From contig DAOTXK010000120.1 of NCBI GenBank assembly GCA_034435395.1, forward strand, positions 1 to 53,944: a stretch of 53,944 nt of DNA, in the 5' to 3' direction. Position 1 is the stretch's first letter, and each line of letters begins with the position of its first letter. Made by a program: the position numbers and the translations under genes. Shown here piece by piece: positions 1-11,051 of the stretch. The notes under the pieces are model-generated. The model saw only the letters and a program-made list of their open reading frames with translations, made no database searches and had not been told where the DNA came from. The stretch is from Anaerolineae bacterium (GTDB lineage: Bacteria; Chloroflexota; Anaerolineae; Aggregatilineales; Ch27).

Positions 1-367
1 GGCTGGCGATCTGCTGGGCGATGGCGGGATCGATGGACGAGATGCCGTAGCTGGGGCCGCCCTGACTCTGGAAGTAGTCGTCGAACTGGGACCCGGCGGG
101 CAGGCCGACCACCGTGCCCCGCAGGCCGGACACCGGCTCCTCGACGATGGCGGGCAGACCCCCGCTCCCGGCGGTAGTGGCGGCGGTCGGCAGCGGGGTG
201 ATGGTGGCCGTTGGGGTGGCGGTGGGAGTCCCGGTGGGAGTCCCGGTGGGGGTGGCTGTCGATGTGGCGGTCGACGTGCTGGTCGGCTGGGCGGTCAGGT
301 TGCAGCCGCTGATAAGCAGCGCGGCCAGTAACGCCGCGATCCCCCACCATAACTGTTTACCATTCAT
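1..367 (-). CDS. Putative lipoprotein, N-terminal part only (gene runs off the left edge)
   Basis: Absent from the ORF track because it is truncated. Minus-strand reading from the ATG at 367 gives MNGKQLWWGIAALLAALLISGC-NLTAQPTSTSTATSTATPTGTPTGTPTATP... This is a signal peptide, a lipobox-like I-S-G-C and a Thr/Pro linker, and the frame stays open to position 1. The + strand ORF 114..500 over the same DNA is Val/Gly/Ala mirror-frame noise. Confidence 0.6.
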   Translation of the reverse strand, partial: MNGKQLWWGIAALLAALLISGCNLTAQPTSTSTATSTATPTGTPTGTPTATPTATITPLPTAATTAGSGGLPAIVEEPVSGLRGTVVGLPAGSQFDDYFQSQGGPSYGISSIDPAIAQQIAS

Positions 368-611
368 CACGATCAATCCTTTTGGTCGCCGTAATTTCTA
401 CGCAAAGTCGGGCGTCTCCCGCCGTCCAGATGCCCTGGCGGTTTTGCCGGTTCTGCTGATGTTTATGGGTTCGGCGGGGAGACGTTCCGCCATGCGATAG
501 TTCTTCCGGCCCTCGCCGCGCCCGATCATGGGCCTTTGCGGCGGGAAGGAGGGCGGCTGTTCACGACCGCCCCGTTCGTCTCAAGGGGGGCCGGCGTCCG
601 TGAGGCGGCGC

Positions 612-2246
<1,635 letters not shown>

Positions 2247-2352
2247 GAAAACCTCCGGTGCCCAGCGCCAACAACGGCAACAACCGGGTGAATACCGTGG
2301 GTGGGGGAGTCCTGAGCGGTGTAGTGGCCAGCCGTCCGCGCCAACCTTCTTG

Positions 2353-2381
2353 CTTATAATACGTCTGGCGGCAAAATTCAA
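2353..2381 (-). promoter_or_regulatory. Candidate sigma-70 promoter for rpoD
   Basis: Minus strand reads TTGAAT - 17 nt - TATAAG in the dnaG-rpoD intergenic spacer, about 105 nt upstream of the rpoD start. Confidence 0.35.
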
Positions 2382-2406
2382 ATGCCAACTTCCGGGTGGA
2401 AACGGG

Positions 2407-4647
2407 TTACTGGTGGGCCAGTTGCGCCCGGCGGTGCAGGGTCCGGTCTAGGTGCCAAATGGCAATGTCATAGGCGTCGATGACGTCGTCATACATCGGT
2501 TTGTCATCGGGATCGGCTTCCAGCAAGGCGAAGCGCAGTTCTTCAATGGCGCGCTTGAGCCTTTCCTGCCGCAGAGACAAAACCTTGTCCACCAGTTCGG
2601 TGTCCGGCTCGCTGGGCAGGCGGCCCTGTTTGCGTTGCTGCTTCTGGATGGACGGGAGTTCCGGGCGCAGAGAGCCGGGAAGCACAGACTGGAGCACGAG
2701 CAGCGGGTCCCGCCGGGCCAGCAGCTCGTCCACCTGGTCGCCCAGCGAATCGCCCATGGTTTCCCGGATGTAACGCTGCGGCTCCATGTCGTCCTGGCTG
2801 AGCGCCTGCTGCAACGCCCGCAGGATGACCTGATGGGCGGGGTCGTGGAAGTCCTCGGCATCCAGCGGCCCCAGCGCCTGGTGGATGTACCGCCTGAGAG
2901 CCTCGTCGCGGGCGGCGGCGATGGCGGCTTCCGCCACTTCCCGCAGGACGCGGTTGGCCTTGTAGAGCCGTTCGGGCCTGTCCAGCAGCACGCTCAGACA
3001 GTAGGCTTCCTGCAGGCGGGTGGGATAGTCATGCCGGTGGGCGATCCGGTCCGGGCTGCCGGGGGATGCCGCTTCGCCCGCCCCGATCTCGACGGTGGTC
3101 TCATCCTCCGGCGGCGGGGCTTCGTCATCTTCCGGGCGCGGGCCTTCCTCCCAGGGCTGGGCGGGGGGCGCGTCCGGTGGGGGCGGTGACGGCTGCCGCC
3201 ATCGGGCCGCCGCCCGGTCCATGGCAGGGGTGCGTCGCCGCTGGCGCAGCTGGGGATGGAGGGGACGCTGGCGGGCGGCAGCGGATCGACTCTCCAGGGC
3301 GATCTCCATCAGCCGCCGCTCGGAGAGGTGCAGCCGGAGGGCCAGCTTTTGCACGTTGGCTTCCTTATGCAGGTCGCTTTCGGTGGCCGTGAGCAGCGGC
3401 AGCAGGGCGCGGGCCACTTTCTCTTTCTCGAAGACGGTGGCGGCGCGCGGGTCCAGGCCCGCCGTCCCGACCCGGATCACGTAATCGGCGACCGGCTCAG
3501 CTTCCCTCACCAGCCGTTCCCATTCCTCCGGGCGGTCCCGGATCAGGGCGTCGGGATCGTGGCCGGGGGGTAGCTCCAGCACGCGCATGTCGATTCCCAG
3601 GCGGCTGGCCTGGCGCATGGAGCCGTCGCGGCTGAAGATCGCCGGGCCGGCGGCGTCGAGGCTCTGGCGGGCCACGTCGAGGCCGCGCATGGTGGCGCTG
3701 ACACCCGCCTGATCCGGGTCCAGGGCCAGGATGAGGCGGTCGGCGTAGCGGCGCAGGGACTGGAGCTGCGGCTCGGTCAGGGCGGTGCCCATCTGGGCGA
3801 CGACGTTGCGGAAACCGGCCTGGTGAGCCTGCATCACATCCATGTAGCCCTCGACGATGACCGCTGTCTCCGTCTCCCGAATTTCCCGGCGGGCCAGGTC
3901 CAGGCCGAACAGGGTTCGCGACTTGTCAAACAGGTCGCTCTGCGGCGAGTTGAGGTATTTGGGCTGATCATCCTCGCGCAAGGCCCGCGCCCCAAAGCCG
4001 ATCACGCGCCCGCGCCCGTCCCGGATGGGGATGACCAGCCGATGACGGAAGCGGTCATAGACCCGCCCGTCGTCGGAGCGGACGGCCACCCCGGCGGCCA
4101 CCAGGTCATCGACGGCGTAACCCAGGCCGGTCAGGTGATCCAGCGTGATCTGCCAGCCGTCCGGGGCGTAACCCAGCAGGAACGCCTCCATGGTGGCCGC
4201 GTTCAGCCCTCGCCGGGCGACGTAGTCGCGGGCCAGGGCCGCCGCTGGCGATTCCAGCAACTGGCGGTGGAAAAAATGGGCGGTTTCCTCCAGCAGGCCC
4301 AGCAGGCGCTCAAAGGCGGACTGCTGCTCAACCTGCTCCGGCGTGCGCGGTCTGAGGGCGACCCCGGCGCGCTCGGCCAGGTGCTGGAGCGCCTCTTTAA
4401 AATCCCACCCGTTCGTCTTCATGGCGAAGGAGAAGATGTCACCCCCTTCGCCGCACGCGCCAAAACAGCGCCAGGTTTGTGTCTCAGGGAAGACGACAAA
4501 GGAGGGGGTGCGTTCCTGGTGAAAGGGACAGCGTGCCTTATAGGTGCGACCGGCCTTCTTGAGCGCGACGCTTTCCGAAATATAAGCCACCAGATCGAGA
4601 CGCGCTTTGATTTCGTCGGCGACAGACATGGGGCGCTCCCTGCTCAT
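2407..4647 (-). CDS. dnaG: DNA primase
   Basis: CHC2 zinc finger region [35 protein letters not shown] (CFGAC gives C-x3-C; from memory E. coli and B. subtilis DnaG have C-x2-C). TOPRIM signatures VIVEGYMDV and [11 protein letters not shown]. Sits directly upstream of rpoD, the classic pairing. An alternative start is the ATG at 4629. A long Pro/acidic low-complexity linker precedes the C-terminal domain. Confidence 0.95.
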   Translation of the reverse strand: MSRERPMSVADEIKARLDLVAYISESVALKKAGRTYKARCPFHQERTPSFVVFPETQTWRCFGACGEGGDIFSFAMKTNGWDFKEALQHLAERAGVALRPRTPEQVEQQSAFERLLGLLEETAHFFHRQLLESPAAALARDYVARRGLNAATMEAFLLGYAPDGWQITLDHLTGLGYAVDDLVAAGVAVRSDDGRVYDRFRHRLVIPIRDGRGRVIGFGARALREDDQPKYLNSPQSDLFDKSRTLFGLDLARREIRETETAVIVEGYMDVMQAHQAGFRNVVAQMGTALTEPQLQSLRRYADRLILALDPDQAGVSATMRGLDVARQSLDAAGPAIFSRDGSMRQASRLGIDMRVLELPPGHDPDALIRDRPEEWERLVREAEPVADYVIRVGTAGLDPRAATVFEKEKVARALLPLLTATESDLHKEANVQKLALRLHLSERRLMEIALESRSAAARQRPLHPQLRQRRRTPAMDRAAARWRQPSPPPPDAPPAQPWEEGPRPEDDEAPPPEDETTVEIGAGEAASPGSPDRIAHRHDYPTRLQEAYCLSVLLDRPERLYKANRVLREVAEAAIAAARDEALRRYIHQALGPLDAEDFHDPAHQVILRALQQALSQDDMEPQRYIRETMGDSLGDQVDELLARRDPLLVLQSVLPGSLRPELPSIQKQQRKQGRLPSEPDTELVDKVLSLRQERLKRAIEELRFALLEADPDDKPMYDDVIDAYDIAIWHLDRTLHRRAQLAHQ

Positions 4648-4866
4648 TTGAGGGGATTATACGCACGCACAAACGTTCCTGCAAAGAGTCTGCCCACCGC
4701 CCCCGGCCCCCCCTGGTTGACGGCTGACAGGGCTTATGGCAGCCCCTGTCCCCTTTCGGTATAATCGCCGTGCTCGTCGCGGGAGCGGGTCGTGGGAGCG
4801 GGCCGCTGAAGCGGGCTGCTGAAGCGAATGGACAGTCTGTGATGTGACCAAAGGACGCGGTCTCGG

Positions 4867-5496
4867 ATGGATATCACGTGGTACGGTCATAGCTGTTTTC
4901 GACTGTTTGAACGCGGTATGGCGTCGGTGGTCACTGACCCCTATAACGGGGACATCGGTTACAAGCTGCCCAAGCTGCGGGCCGACATCGTGACCTCCAG
5001 CCATGACGCGCCCGGCCATGCCAATCTGAGCATCTGGCCGAAGTCCACCCATATTATCACCAGCGCGGGCGAGTACGAGATCGGCGGCGTGTTCGTCATC
5101 GGCGTGGCCATGCACAACATCACAAAGGACCGGCGCAACATCGTCTTCCTGTTCGACTTCGACGGTCTGAACGTCGTGCACCTGGGCGATCTCAGCTACG
5201 TGCCCAGCCAGTCGGAGATCGACGCGCTGGGGGCGGTCAACGTGGCGCTGGTGCCGGTGGGCGGCGGCCAGGGGCTGAATGCCACCCAGGCGGCGGAGGT
5301 GATCAGCCTGATCGAGCCGGATATCGTCGTCCCCATGCACTACAAAACGCCGTACACCACGCTTAAACTGGACAAGATCGACCGGTTCCTGAAGGGGATG
5401 GGGATCAGCAAGGTGCAGACGGAATCCGTCCTGCGAGTGGCCGCCGGGAGCATGCCGGAGCAGACCCAGGTGGTGGTGCTGGAGCCGCAGCAGTGA
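4867..5496 (+). CDS. MBL-fold metal-dependent hydrolase (UPF0173/YtkL-like)
   Basis: The N-terminus MDITWYGHSCFRL and ~209 aa length are typical of this small metallo-beta-lactamase-fold family. Also contains DIVTSSHDAPGH and GDLSY. Confidence 0.75.
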   Translation: MDITWYGHSCFRLFERGMASVVTDPYNGDIGYKLPKLRADIVTSSHDAPGHANLSIWPKSTHIITSAGEYEIGGVFVIGVAMHNITKDRRNIVFLFDFDGLNVVHLGDLSYVPSQSEIDALGAVNVALVPVGGGQGLNATQAAEVISLIEPDIVVPMHYKTPYTTLKLDKIDRFLKGMGISKVQTESVLRVAAGSMPEQTQVVVLEPQQ

Positions 5497-5550
5497 GCCG
5501 CCAGCGCTTCCGCCACCGAGCAGCGGCCGTGCCCAAAGGGGGAGTTTATT

Positions 5551-5853
5551 GTGGAATACAAGTTAATGATGAGCTGGGATATCCGGCCAGGCCATGATCA
5601 ACAATACTTCGAATTTATGGTGCGCGAGTGGGTGCCCGGCATCACCCGCCTGGGCCTCCAGCCCCGCGAATCGTGGTATGCCGTATATGGGGATTGCCCG
5701 CAGATCACCACCTCCATCGTGACCGATGATCTGCAAGAGATGCGTAACGTGCTGCAGGGGGACGATTGGACCCGGCTGCACCGACGCCTGGAGGAGTTCG
5801 TTTACAACTACGAGCAGAAGATCGTGCGGGCCTCGCCGGGCTTCCAGTTATGA
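5551..5853 (+). CDS. Hypothetical protein, 100 aa
   Basis: GTG start with AGGGGGA 7 nt upstream. Balanced, non-repetitive composition, followed by a good terminator. No family recognised. Confidence 0.5.
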   Translation: MEYKLMMSWDIRPGHDQQYFEFMVREWVPGITRLGLQPRESWYAVYGDCPQITTSIVTDDLQEMRNVLQGDDWTRLHRRLEEFVYNYEQKIVRASPGFQL

Positions 5854-5919
5854 GGGCGGGGGCAAACCCTGCCCGCTGGCAGGCTGTCACTGGTGGCGCG
5901 GGAGCGCCCGGCGGGACAG

Positions 5920-5952
5920 AAAAAGACGACCGGCGGGGGTCGTCTTTGTGTT
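5920..5952. terminator. Bidirectional intrinsic terminator between convergent genes
   Basis: AAAA-GACGACC-ggcggg-GGTCGTC-TTTGTGTT. A 7-bp GC stem is flanked by an A-tract and a T-tract, and it lies between the stops at 5853 (+) and 5979 (-). Confidence 0.7.
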
Positions 5953-5978
5953 GGTCGGCGGGGGTAGCGGGCCGCCGG

Positions 5979-6260
5979 CTAATCGTCGTTGCTCGTGCGC
6001 TCGCCACTCGTCTTGTCAGCGGTCGAGGCGCTGGCATCGCCGTCTTTCTTGGCAGCACTGGAACCGGTGAGATTGGAGCGGGAGGAGCGACTGTCGGTGA
6101 CGTAGAAGCCTGAACCCTTAAAGACGACCCCAACTGGCCCGATCACCTTGTGGGTATGCCCCCCACACTCCGGGCAGACGCTGACGGGAGCGTCGCTGAA
6201 GCTCTGCCTGGCATCAAACCGCACCCCACACTCTTCGCATTGATACGTGTAGACTGGCAT
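5979..6260 (-). CDS. FmdB-family zinc-ribbon putative regulatory protein
   Basis: MPVYTYQCEECGVRFDARQSFSDAPVSVCPECGG has two CxxC pairs in the family arrangement, followed by a Ser/Lys-rich tail. The start at 6260 has GAGG 5 nt upstream. The track ORF begins 2 codons earlier (GTG at 6266). Confidence 0.75.
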   Translation of the reverse strand: MPVYTYQCEECGVRFDARQSFSDAPVSVCPECGGHTHKVIGPVGVVFKGSGFYVTDSRSSRSNLTGSSAAKKDGDASASTADKTSGERTSNDD

Positions 6261-6435
6261 ACGCACCTCACTCGGCGGGCTTTCTCACCCGCCAGCCAAC
6301 ATTGTACCGGTTTGGACGGTCTCCGTCAACGTCAGTATGCGCCATTTGTATCAGAACAACGTTAGAAACGGCGACGCATCCGGGCCGCACGCGCCGCCTT
6401 CACGCACCGCCAGGGCAGCAAACGTCAGGGGTGGC

Positions 6436-6462
6436 GCAACTCAGGCGTGTTTCGCGCGTATA
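6436..6462 (+). promoter_or_regulatory. Possible ECF-type (autoregulated) promoter
   Basis: GCAAC - 16 nt - CGTAT about 45 nt upstream of the ECF sigma start, resembling the GAAC-N16/17-CGT pattern of ECF promoters. Weak evidence. Confidence 0.25.
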
Positions 6463-6504
6463 CTACGATAGTGAGGCAATGGCCTGCCTTAGGGGAGACT
6501 TTTC

Positions 6505-7113
6505 GTGTCCGAAGAAGCTCCAATCGTCCGCGAATGGGTGATGGGCGCGCGGGACGGGGACCAGGTGGCCTTCAGCAACCTGGTTGAGCATTACCAGAAT
6601 GCCGTCTTCAACCTGGCCTACCGTTTGCTGGGCGAAGCGCAAGAGGCGGAAGACGCCGCCCAAGAGGCGTTCTTGCGGGCGTATGCGAATCTGTCCCACT
6701 ATGATATCGACCGGCCATTTAAGACGTGGCTGCTGTCGATCACGTCTAATCATTGTATTGACCGGCTGCGGAAGCGGCGGCTGACCTGGCTGTCGTTGGA
6801 AGACGAGGCGTTGGTTCCCCATCCGGCCCTGGTCAGCGCCGAGCCCGGCCCGGAAGAGGCATTTCTGGATGTCGAACGTTCACACCAGTTACAGGGCCTG
6901 CTGGCGCAAATCCCTCCCGATTATCGGACGGTGGTCGTGTTGCGGTACTGGTACGACATGAGTTATGCGGAGATCGCCGACACGCTGGATACCACCGAAT
7001 CGGCGGTCAAGAGTCGGCTGTTCCGGGCGCGGCAGGCGTTGGGCCAGTTGTTGGAACCGGCTCCCAGTCCCAATCAGGCGCAGGCTATGAGACCAGCGAT
7101 GGAGGGTTTTTAA
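6505..7113 (+). CDS. ECF-type RNA polymerase sigma factor (sigma-70 family, RpoE-like)
   Basis: Region 2 reads AQEAFLRAYANLSHYDIDRPFKTWLLSITSNHCIDRLRKRR. Region 4 reads VVVLRYWYDMSYAEIADTLDTTESAVKSRLFRARQAL. GTG start with AGGGGAG upstream. Confidence 0.9.
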   Translation: MSEEAPIVREWVMGARDGDQVAFSNLVEHYQNAVFNLAYRLLGEAQEAEDAAQEAFLRAYANLSHYDIDRPFKTWLLSITSNHCIDRLRKRRLTWLSLEDEALVPHPALVSAEPGPEEAFLDVERSHQLQGLLAQIPPDYRTVVVLRYWYDMSYAEIADTLDTTESAVKSRLFRARQALGQLLEPAPSPNQAQAMRPAMEGF

Positions 7114-7115
7114 CC

Positions 7116-7703
7116 ATGGGCTTGACTCCACAACATGAACGCATGAATCGCGCGCTGGATGAACCGTTGACCGGCCCGGCCCTGGCGGAGTTGCAGGCCT
7201 GGCTGGAGGACAGCCCCAGCCAGTCGGACCTGTACGAGCAGCTCCGCCGGGTGGACGATCTGTTTCGCCACCCGCCGATGGTGGCCGCGCCGGCTGACCT
7301 GGCCGCGCAGGTGATGCTGGGCATCCAGCAAGGCAAGCATGAAGCCTACGCGCCCCGCCGCCGGCTGCGGCTGCTGTTGGGGTTGGGGCTGCTGGGCGTG
7401 CTCGTCAGCATACCCCTGGCGGTGGTCCTGCTGCTGGTCGTGGTGCCCGCCGCCGTGGAGCCGGGTGTGCTGGCGAGCCTGTTCCTGGGGCTGGTCCAGG
7501 TTCTGAGCGCCATCAGCGGTTTCCTGGAGGGCCTGTTGCTCTTTGTTGGCGGCCTGACCGCCCAATATCCGATGGCCCCGGCCCTGCTGCTGACGGTGAT
7601 CCCGCTGGTGATGGTCTGGGGATGGCTGGTGTGGTTCTTGCAGCAGCAGAACCGCCCGGCGACGATCGTCATCCCGGTGCAAACGGTACGGAGCGGGGGA
7701 TGA
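7116..7703 (+). CDS. Putative membrane-anchored anti-sigma factor
   Basis: Starts 2 nt after the sigma stop. Soluble N-terminal ~70 aa, then hydrophobic segments (LLLGLGLLGVLVSIPLAVVLLLVVV...). The call rests on position and topology only, since I recognised no conserved motif. Confidence 0.5.
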   Translation: MGLTPQHERMNRALDEPLTGPALAELQAWLEDSPSQSDLYEQLRRVDDLFRHPPMVAAPADLAAQVMLGIQQGKHEAYAPRRRLRLLLGLGLLGVLVSIPLAVVLLLVVVPAAVEPGVLASLFLGLVQVLSAISGFLEGLLLFVGGLTAQYPMAPALLLTVIPLVMVWGWLVWFLQQQNRPATIVIPVQTVRSGG

Positions 7704-8767
7704 AAAACCGGCGGTTGTTGTTCCTGATGCTGTTGACCCTGTGGCTGGCGCTGCCCGTCCTGTTGGCCCAGGCCCAGGAGGGGGCGTCGGGCGTGGTGTT
7801 CACCGATCATTATGTGCTGCGCGAAGGCCAGCGCGTCGAGGGCGACCTGGTGGTGGTGGCGCAGACCGTCACCTTGCAGCACGGCAGCCAGGTGACGGGC
7901 AACGTGGCTCTGCTGGGCGAGAACATCACCCTCAACGGGCAGGTCCACGGCGACCTGGCTGTCCTGGGCGAGAGTGTCGTCCTGGGGTCGGGTATGTACG
8001 TGGTGGGGAATGTCACCCTGTGCGGCGGCGCCATTCACCGCGAGTCGAACGTCAACGTGGTGGGCGATTACAGCGCCAGTTGCGACCGGGTCCGCGTTTT
8101 ACTTGGCGATATCGCGCCGGTGGCCCTGGACCTGTCGCAGTGGAAGTGGGACAATTTTGACCCGGCGGACTGGGATTGGGGGCTGCTCAACCGGATTCCG
8201 GCCCGGATACCGGAGATGTCCCCGGCGGACTGGCTGGGGCGCAACGTCCTCCTGTCGCTGGGGATGGGGGCGCTGGCAGCCCTGATCACGCTGGTGATGC
8301 CGTTGCGCCTGCGCCGGGTGAGTGACGCCGCCCTGACCGCGCCGGTGACCATGGGCATCATCGGGGTGCTGACGCTGGTGGTGCTGGGGGCGGTCAGCGC
8401 GCTGGTGGTCCTGTCGCTGGTGCTGATCGTCACGGCCTGCCTGTTGCCCTTCCTGGGGCTGGCCTGGCTGGCGCTGCTGCTGATGGCCCTCATCGGCTGG
8501 ACGGCGCTGAGCCTGCCGATTGGGGCGTGGCTGCTGGCGGCGATGGATGTGCGGCGGGTCAGCCCGCTGGCGGCGGCGCTCGGCGCGCTGGTACTGACCT
8601 TCCTGCCCGGCCTGCTGAACCTCAGCGCGGCCACTCGCCCGGTGTATTACCTGCTGCTGCTGGCTCTGGGGGCCTGGGGGCTGGGCGCGACGATCATGAC
8701 GGGCCTGGGCCGGCAAGCCTACGCCAGGCACGCCGGCCGCTGGGCCGGGGCGTCCCGGCGCATGTAA
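7700..8767 (+). CDS. Membrane protein with a signal peptide, a beta-helix (bactofilin/polymer-forming-like) repeat domain and a polytopic C-terminal half
   Basis: The ATG at 7700 overlaps the anti-sigma stop (ATGA). Signal peptide MKNRRLLFLMLLTLWLALPVLLAQA. Repeats GDLVVVAQTVTLQHGSQVTGNVALLGENITLNGQVHGDLAVLGESVVLGSG, followed by several TM helices. Confidence 0.6.
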   Translation: MKNRRLLFLMLLTLWLALPVLLAQAQEGASGVVFTDHYVLREGQRVEGDLVVVAQTVTLQHGSQVTGNVALLGENITLNGQVHGDLAVLGESVVLGSGMYVVGNVTLCGGAIHRESNVNVVGDYSASCDRVRVLLGDIAPVALDLSQWKWDNFDPADWDWGLLNRIPARIPEMSPADWLGRNVLLSLGMGALAALITLVMPLRLRRVSDAALTAPVTMGIIGVLTLVVLGAVSALVVLSLVLIVTACLLPFLGLAWLALLLMALIGWTALSLPIGAWLLAAMDVRRVSPLAAALGALVLTFLPGLLNLSAATRPVYYLLLLALGAWGLGATIMTGLGRQAYARHAGRWAGASRRM

Positions 8768-8787
8768 GCGGGCCATAAAGAGCATCG

Positions 8788-8825
8788 ACCGCCCGGTGGT
8801 TCGCCCCCGCCGGGCGGTTTTCATT
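8788..8825 (+). terminator. Intrinsic terminator after the ECF operon
   Basis: CCGCCCGG - 13 nt loop - CCGGGCGG followed by TTTTCATT, 21 nt after the stop at 8767. Confidence 0.65.
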
Positions 8826-8999
8826 GGGGGGCGGCCTCGGCCTGGCCCGCCCGGCGCCGCTCTCCCGTCTGGCGAGGGTGCCCGCATCGGCGGCGGAATG
8901 ACCGTGCAGCCTGGGCGGGGGATGCGATATACTGTCGCCACCAAAGGCGGCTGGCCTGACAGCGACTGTTATTGGTAGACGCCGGTCCGCCGCCAGCAG

Positions 9000-10013
9000 G
9001 TGTGTGAGGAACGCAGTGTGGAGATGGCGAGGGGGGCGATGACTGCTTCAGTGGATGCCGGGTCTCCAGCGGTGGATCGGTCGCTGGCTGGCCCGGCGGC
9101 GATGACGCCCGGTTTCCGGCGTCTGGCGGTGCTCACGTCGGCCTGGGTCTGGCTGTTGATCGTGATCGGCGGGGTCGTCCGGGTGACCGGGTCCGGGCTG
9201 GGCTGCCCGGACTGGCCGTTGTGTTACGGACAGGCCCTGCCGCCGCCGGAGACCACCGCCCGGATCGAGTTCAGCCACCGCCTGGTGGCCGGGGTGGGCG
9301 GGCTGCTCATCCTGGGCATGGCCATCGTGGCCTGGCGGCGGTACCGCGACCGGCGCTGGATCGCCTGGCCAGCGGCGCTGATGGTTGTGATGCTGGGGCT
9401 GCAATTCCTGCTGGGCGCGGCCGTGGTGCTCACGGAGCTGGAGCCGCTGTCGGTGGCGGTGCACCTGGGCGCGGCGTTGATCATCTTCGCCTGCTCGCTG
9501 GTGGTGGCGCTGGTCGCTAATCGTCCGGCGGCGCTCGACCGGGAAGTTTATCCGGCCCGCTACGAAGCGCTGGTGCTGGCGGCGGTCGTGGCGCTGTTTC
9601 TGCTGCTGACCACGGGCGCGGTGGTGGTAGGGGAGGGCGCGTCCTACGCCTGCCCGGACTGGCCGCTGTGCCAGGGGCGTATCGGGCCAGCGGCGGATGC
9701 AGCGACCCCGGCCCTGCTGCACCTGGGCCACCGGTACGCGGCGGCGGCGGTGGGCGTCTTGCTGCTGGTGGTGGTGGGGATCACGCTGCGCGACCGCGCG
9801 GCCCGGCCACTGGCGAGCCGCTGGGCCATCCTGCTGGGCGCGCTGTTTCTGGTTCAGGTCGGGGTCGGCGCGCTTCAAATCTGGTCGCATCTGGCGACGG
9901 TCTGGCGGGTGGTTCACCTGGGCGCGGCGGCGGGTGTGTGGGCGGCGCTGGTGATCCTGGCGGCGCTGATCTGCTTCCCGGGAAAGGCGCGCGCTGGAGC
10001 GGGCGATAGCTGA
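9000..10013 (+). CDS. ctaA: Heme A synthase (COX15/CtaA family)
   Basis: Two copies of the signature motif, GLGCPDWPLCYG and YACPDWPLCQG, plus a polytopic membrane profile with conserved His residues. The start is uncertain (GTG 9000, ATG 9024 or ATG 9039). Confidence 0.85.
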   Translation: MCEERSVEMARGAMTASVDAGSPAVDRSLAGPAAMTPGFRRLAVLTSAWVWLLIVIGGVVRVTGSGLGCPDWPLCYGQALPPPETTARIEFSHRLVAGVGGLLILGMAIVAWRRYRDRRWIAWPAALMVVMLGLQFLLGAAVVLTELEPLSVAVHLGAALIIFACSLVVALVANRPAALDREVYPARYEALVLAAVVALFLLLTTGAVVVGEGASYACPDWPLCQGRIGPAADAATPALLHLGHRYAAAAVGVLLLVVVGITLRDRAARPLASRWAILLGALFLVQVGVGALQIWSHLATVWRVVHLGAAAGVWAALVILAALICFPGKARAGAGDS

Positions 10014-10064
10014 GGGAGAGGCCCGGCCTCTGGCGATGGCAGTCGAATGGCCGGGCGGGCACGA

Positions 10065-10970
10065 TCAGCGGCAGCCCGGGTTGCCGGTCCAGATGCCCGA
10101 CCGGGGCAGGAAGACGGGCGACCGCCCCCCATCCGCGCGATGATAGGCTGGGCAGGCGGGTCCTGGTCCGCGCCGGTAAGGTTGCCGATGGGCTGCCGTG
10201 ACCGCCCGCTGGCGGACCTGCCGCATTTCTCGGGTGGCCCAGGGTGCCCAGTGCCAGTGCCGCCAGGCGTTGGGCACCCACTGGCCGAAGTCGTGGTGAG
10301 TCACAAAATACGCCACAAAAAAGGCGGCAAAAACGTCAATGGTATAGTGGGAATGCCCTGCCATCAGCGACGCCACCTGCAACCAGGCCAGCGTCAGATG
10401 CGCCCGTTTGAGCCAGTTGTCCTCGCGCTGGGCGAAAAAATAATACTGGGTGAAGGCGCTGCCGGCGTGGCCGGAGAAAAACATCCCCTTGTACATATAC
10501 CGGGCCATCAGGTGGTTGTCGCCGAAGGTCTGAGCGGGAACTTGAATCTGCGCCAGCGGGGTGAAGGTGATGGCGAAGGCCCGCAGGATGAACATCACGC
10601 TGAGGCGGAACAGGAATATGGGGGCTTCCCTGAACTGGCGGCGTCCCAGGCAGTAGACGGTCAGCACCCCCTGCACCAGGCTGATCAGTTCGCCGAAACC
10701 GATGAAGAAGCTGATCTCAGGGATGATGTCCAGGATCAGGTCGTCAGGGCGGACCGGATCGGGATAATAGATTTCGACGAACTGGCCGGTGGCGATACAC
10801 GTGACCACCATCAGCAGAGCAAACGCCAGGCTCCAGGCCAGTTGCGTCGAATCAATTGACTGGCGAATCTCGCTGATATTATGCAAATGCATATGACAAC
10901 CCGCCGCTAATAATAGTCTGAGTACCCAGATTGTACAGGATTCAGGCGACCCGGCAAACGGGCTTGTCAT
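10065..10970 (-). CDS. PAP2_C / sphingomyelin-synthase-like phosphotransferase membrane protein
   Basis: FFSGHAGSAF and GHSHYTIDVFAAFFVAYFVT match the SGH and HYTxDV motifs (D3/D4) of sphingomyelin / inositol-phosphorylceramide synthase-type PAP2_C domains. Polytopic. An alternative start is the ATG at 10892. Confidence 0.65.
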   Translation of the reverse strand: MTSPFAGSPESCTIWVLRLLLAAGCHMHLHNISEIRQSIDSTQLAWSLAFALLMVVTCIATGQFVEIYYPDPVRPDDLILDIIPEISFFIGFGELISLVQGVLTVYCLGRRQFREAPIFLFRLSVMFILRAFAITFTPLAQIQVPAQTFGDNHLMARYMYKGMFFSGHAGSAFTQYYFFAQREDNWLKRAHLTLAWLQVASLMAGHSHYTIDVFAAFFVAYFVTHHDFGQWVPNAWRHWHWAPWATREMRQVRQRAVTAAHRQPYRRGPGPACPAYHRADGGRSPVFLPRSGIWTGNPGCR

Positions 10971-11051
10971 GACGGGCCGGGCGTTTCAGGGCGTTTATCC
11001 TACCTCTGGCCGCCTGTTTCCGGCAACTGGCAATTGTTGAAAAGAGCCGCC

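Noticed and set aside
114-500. 128-aa + strand ORF at the left edge
   Set aside because: Its (VAVG/VPVG)n sequence is the mirror of the Thr/Pro linker of a minus-strand lipoprotein gene with a proper signal peptide and lipobox. The minus-strand reading is preferred.
3043-3285. Pro/Arg/acidic low-complexity stretch in DnaG, considered as a frameshift or insertion element
   Set aside because: The reading frame is continuous and the flanking domains are in frame. Long disordered linkers before the DnaB-binding C-terminal domain are plausible, so it is not reported as a finding.
4717-4765. TTGACG and TATAAT hexamers upstream of the MBL-fold gene
   Set aside because: They are 37 nt apart, with a GACAGGG/CCCTGTC hairpin between them, so they do not form a canonical promoter pair. 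The TATAAT alone may still be a -10 box, but I cannot support that.
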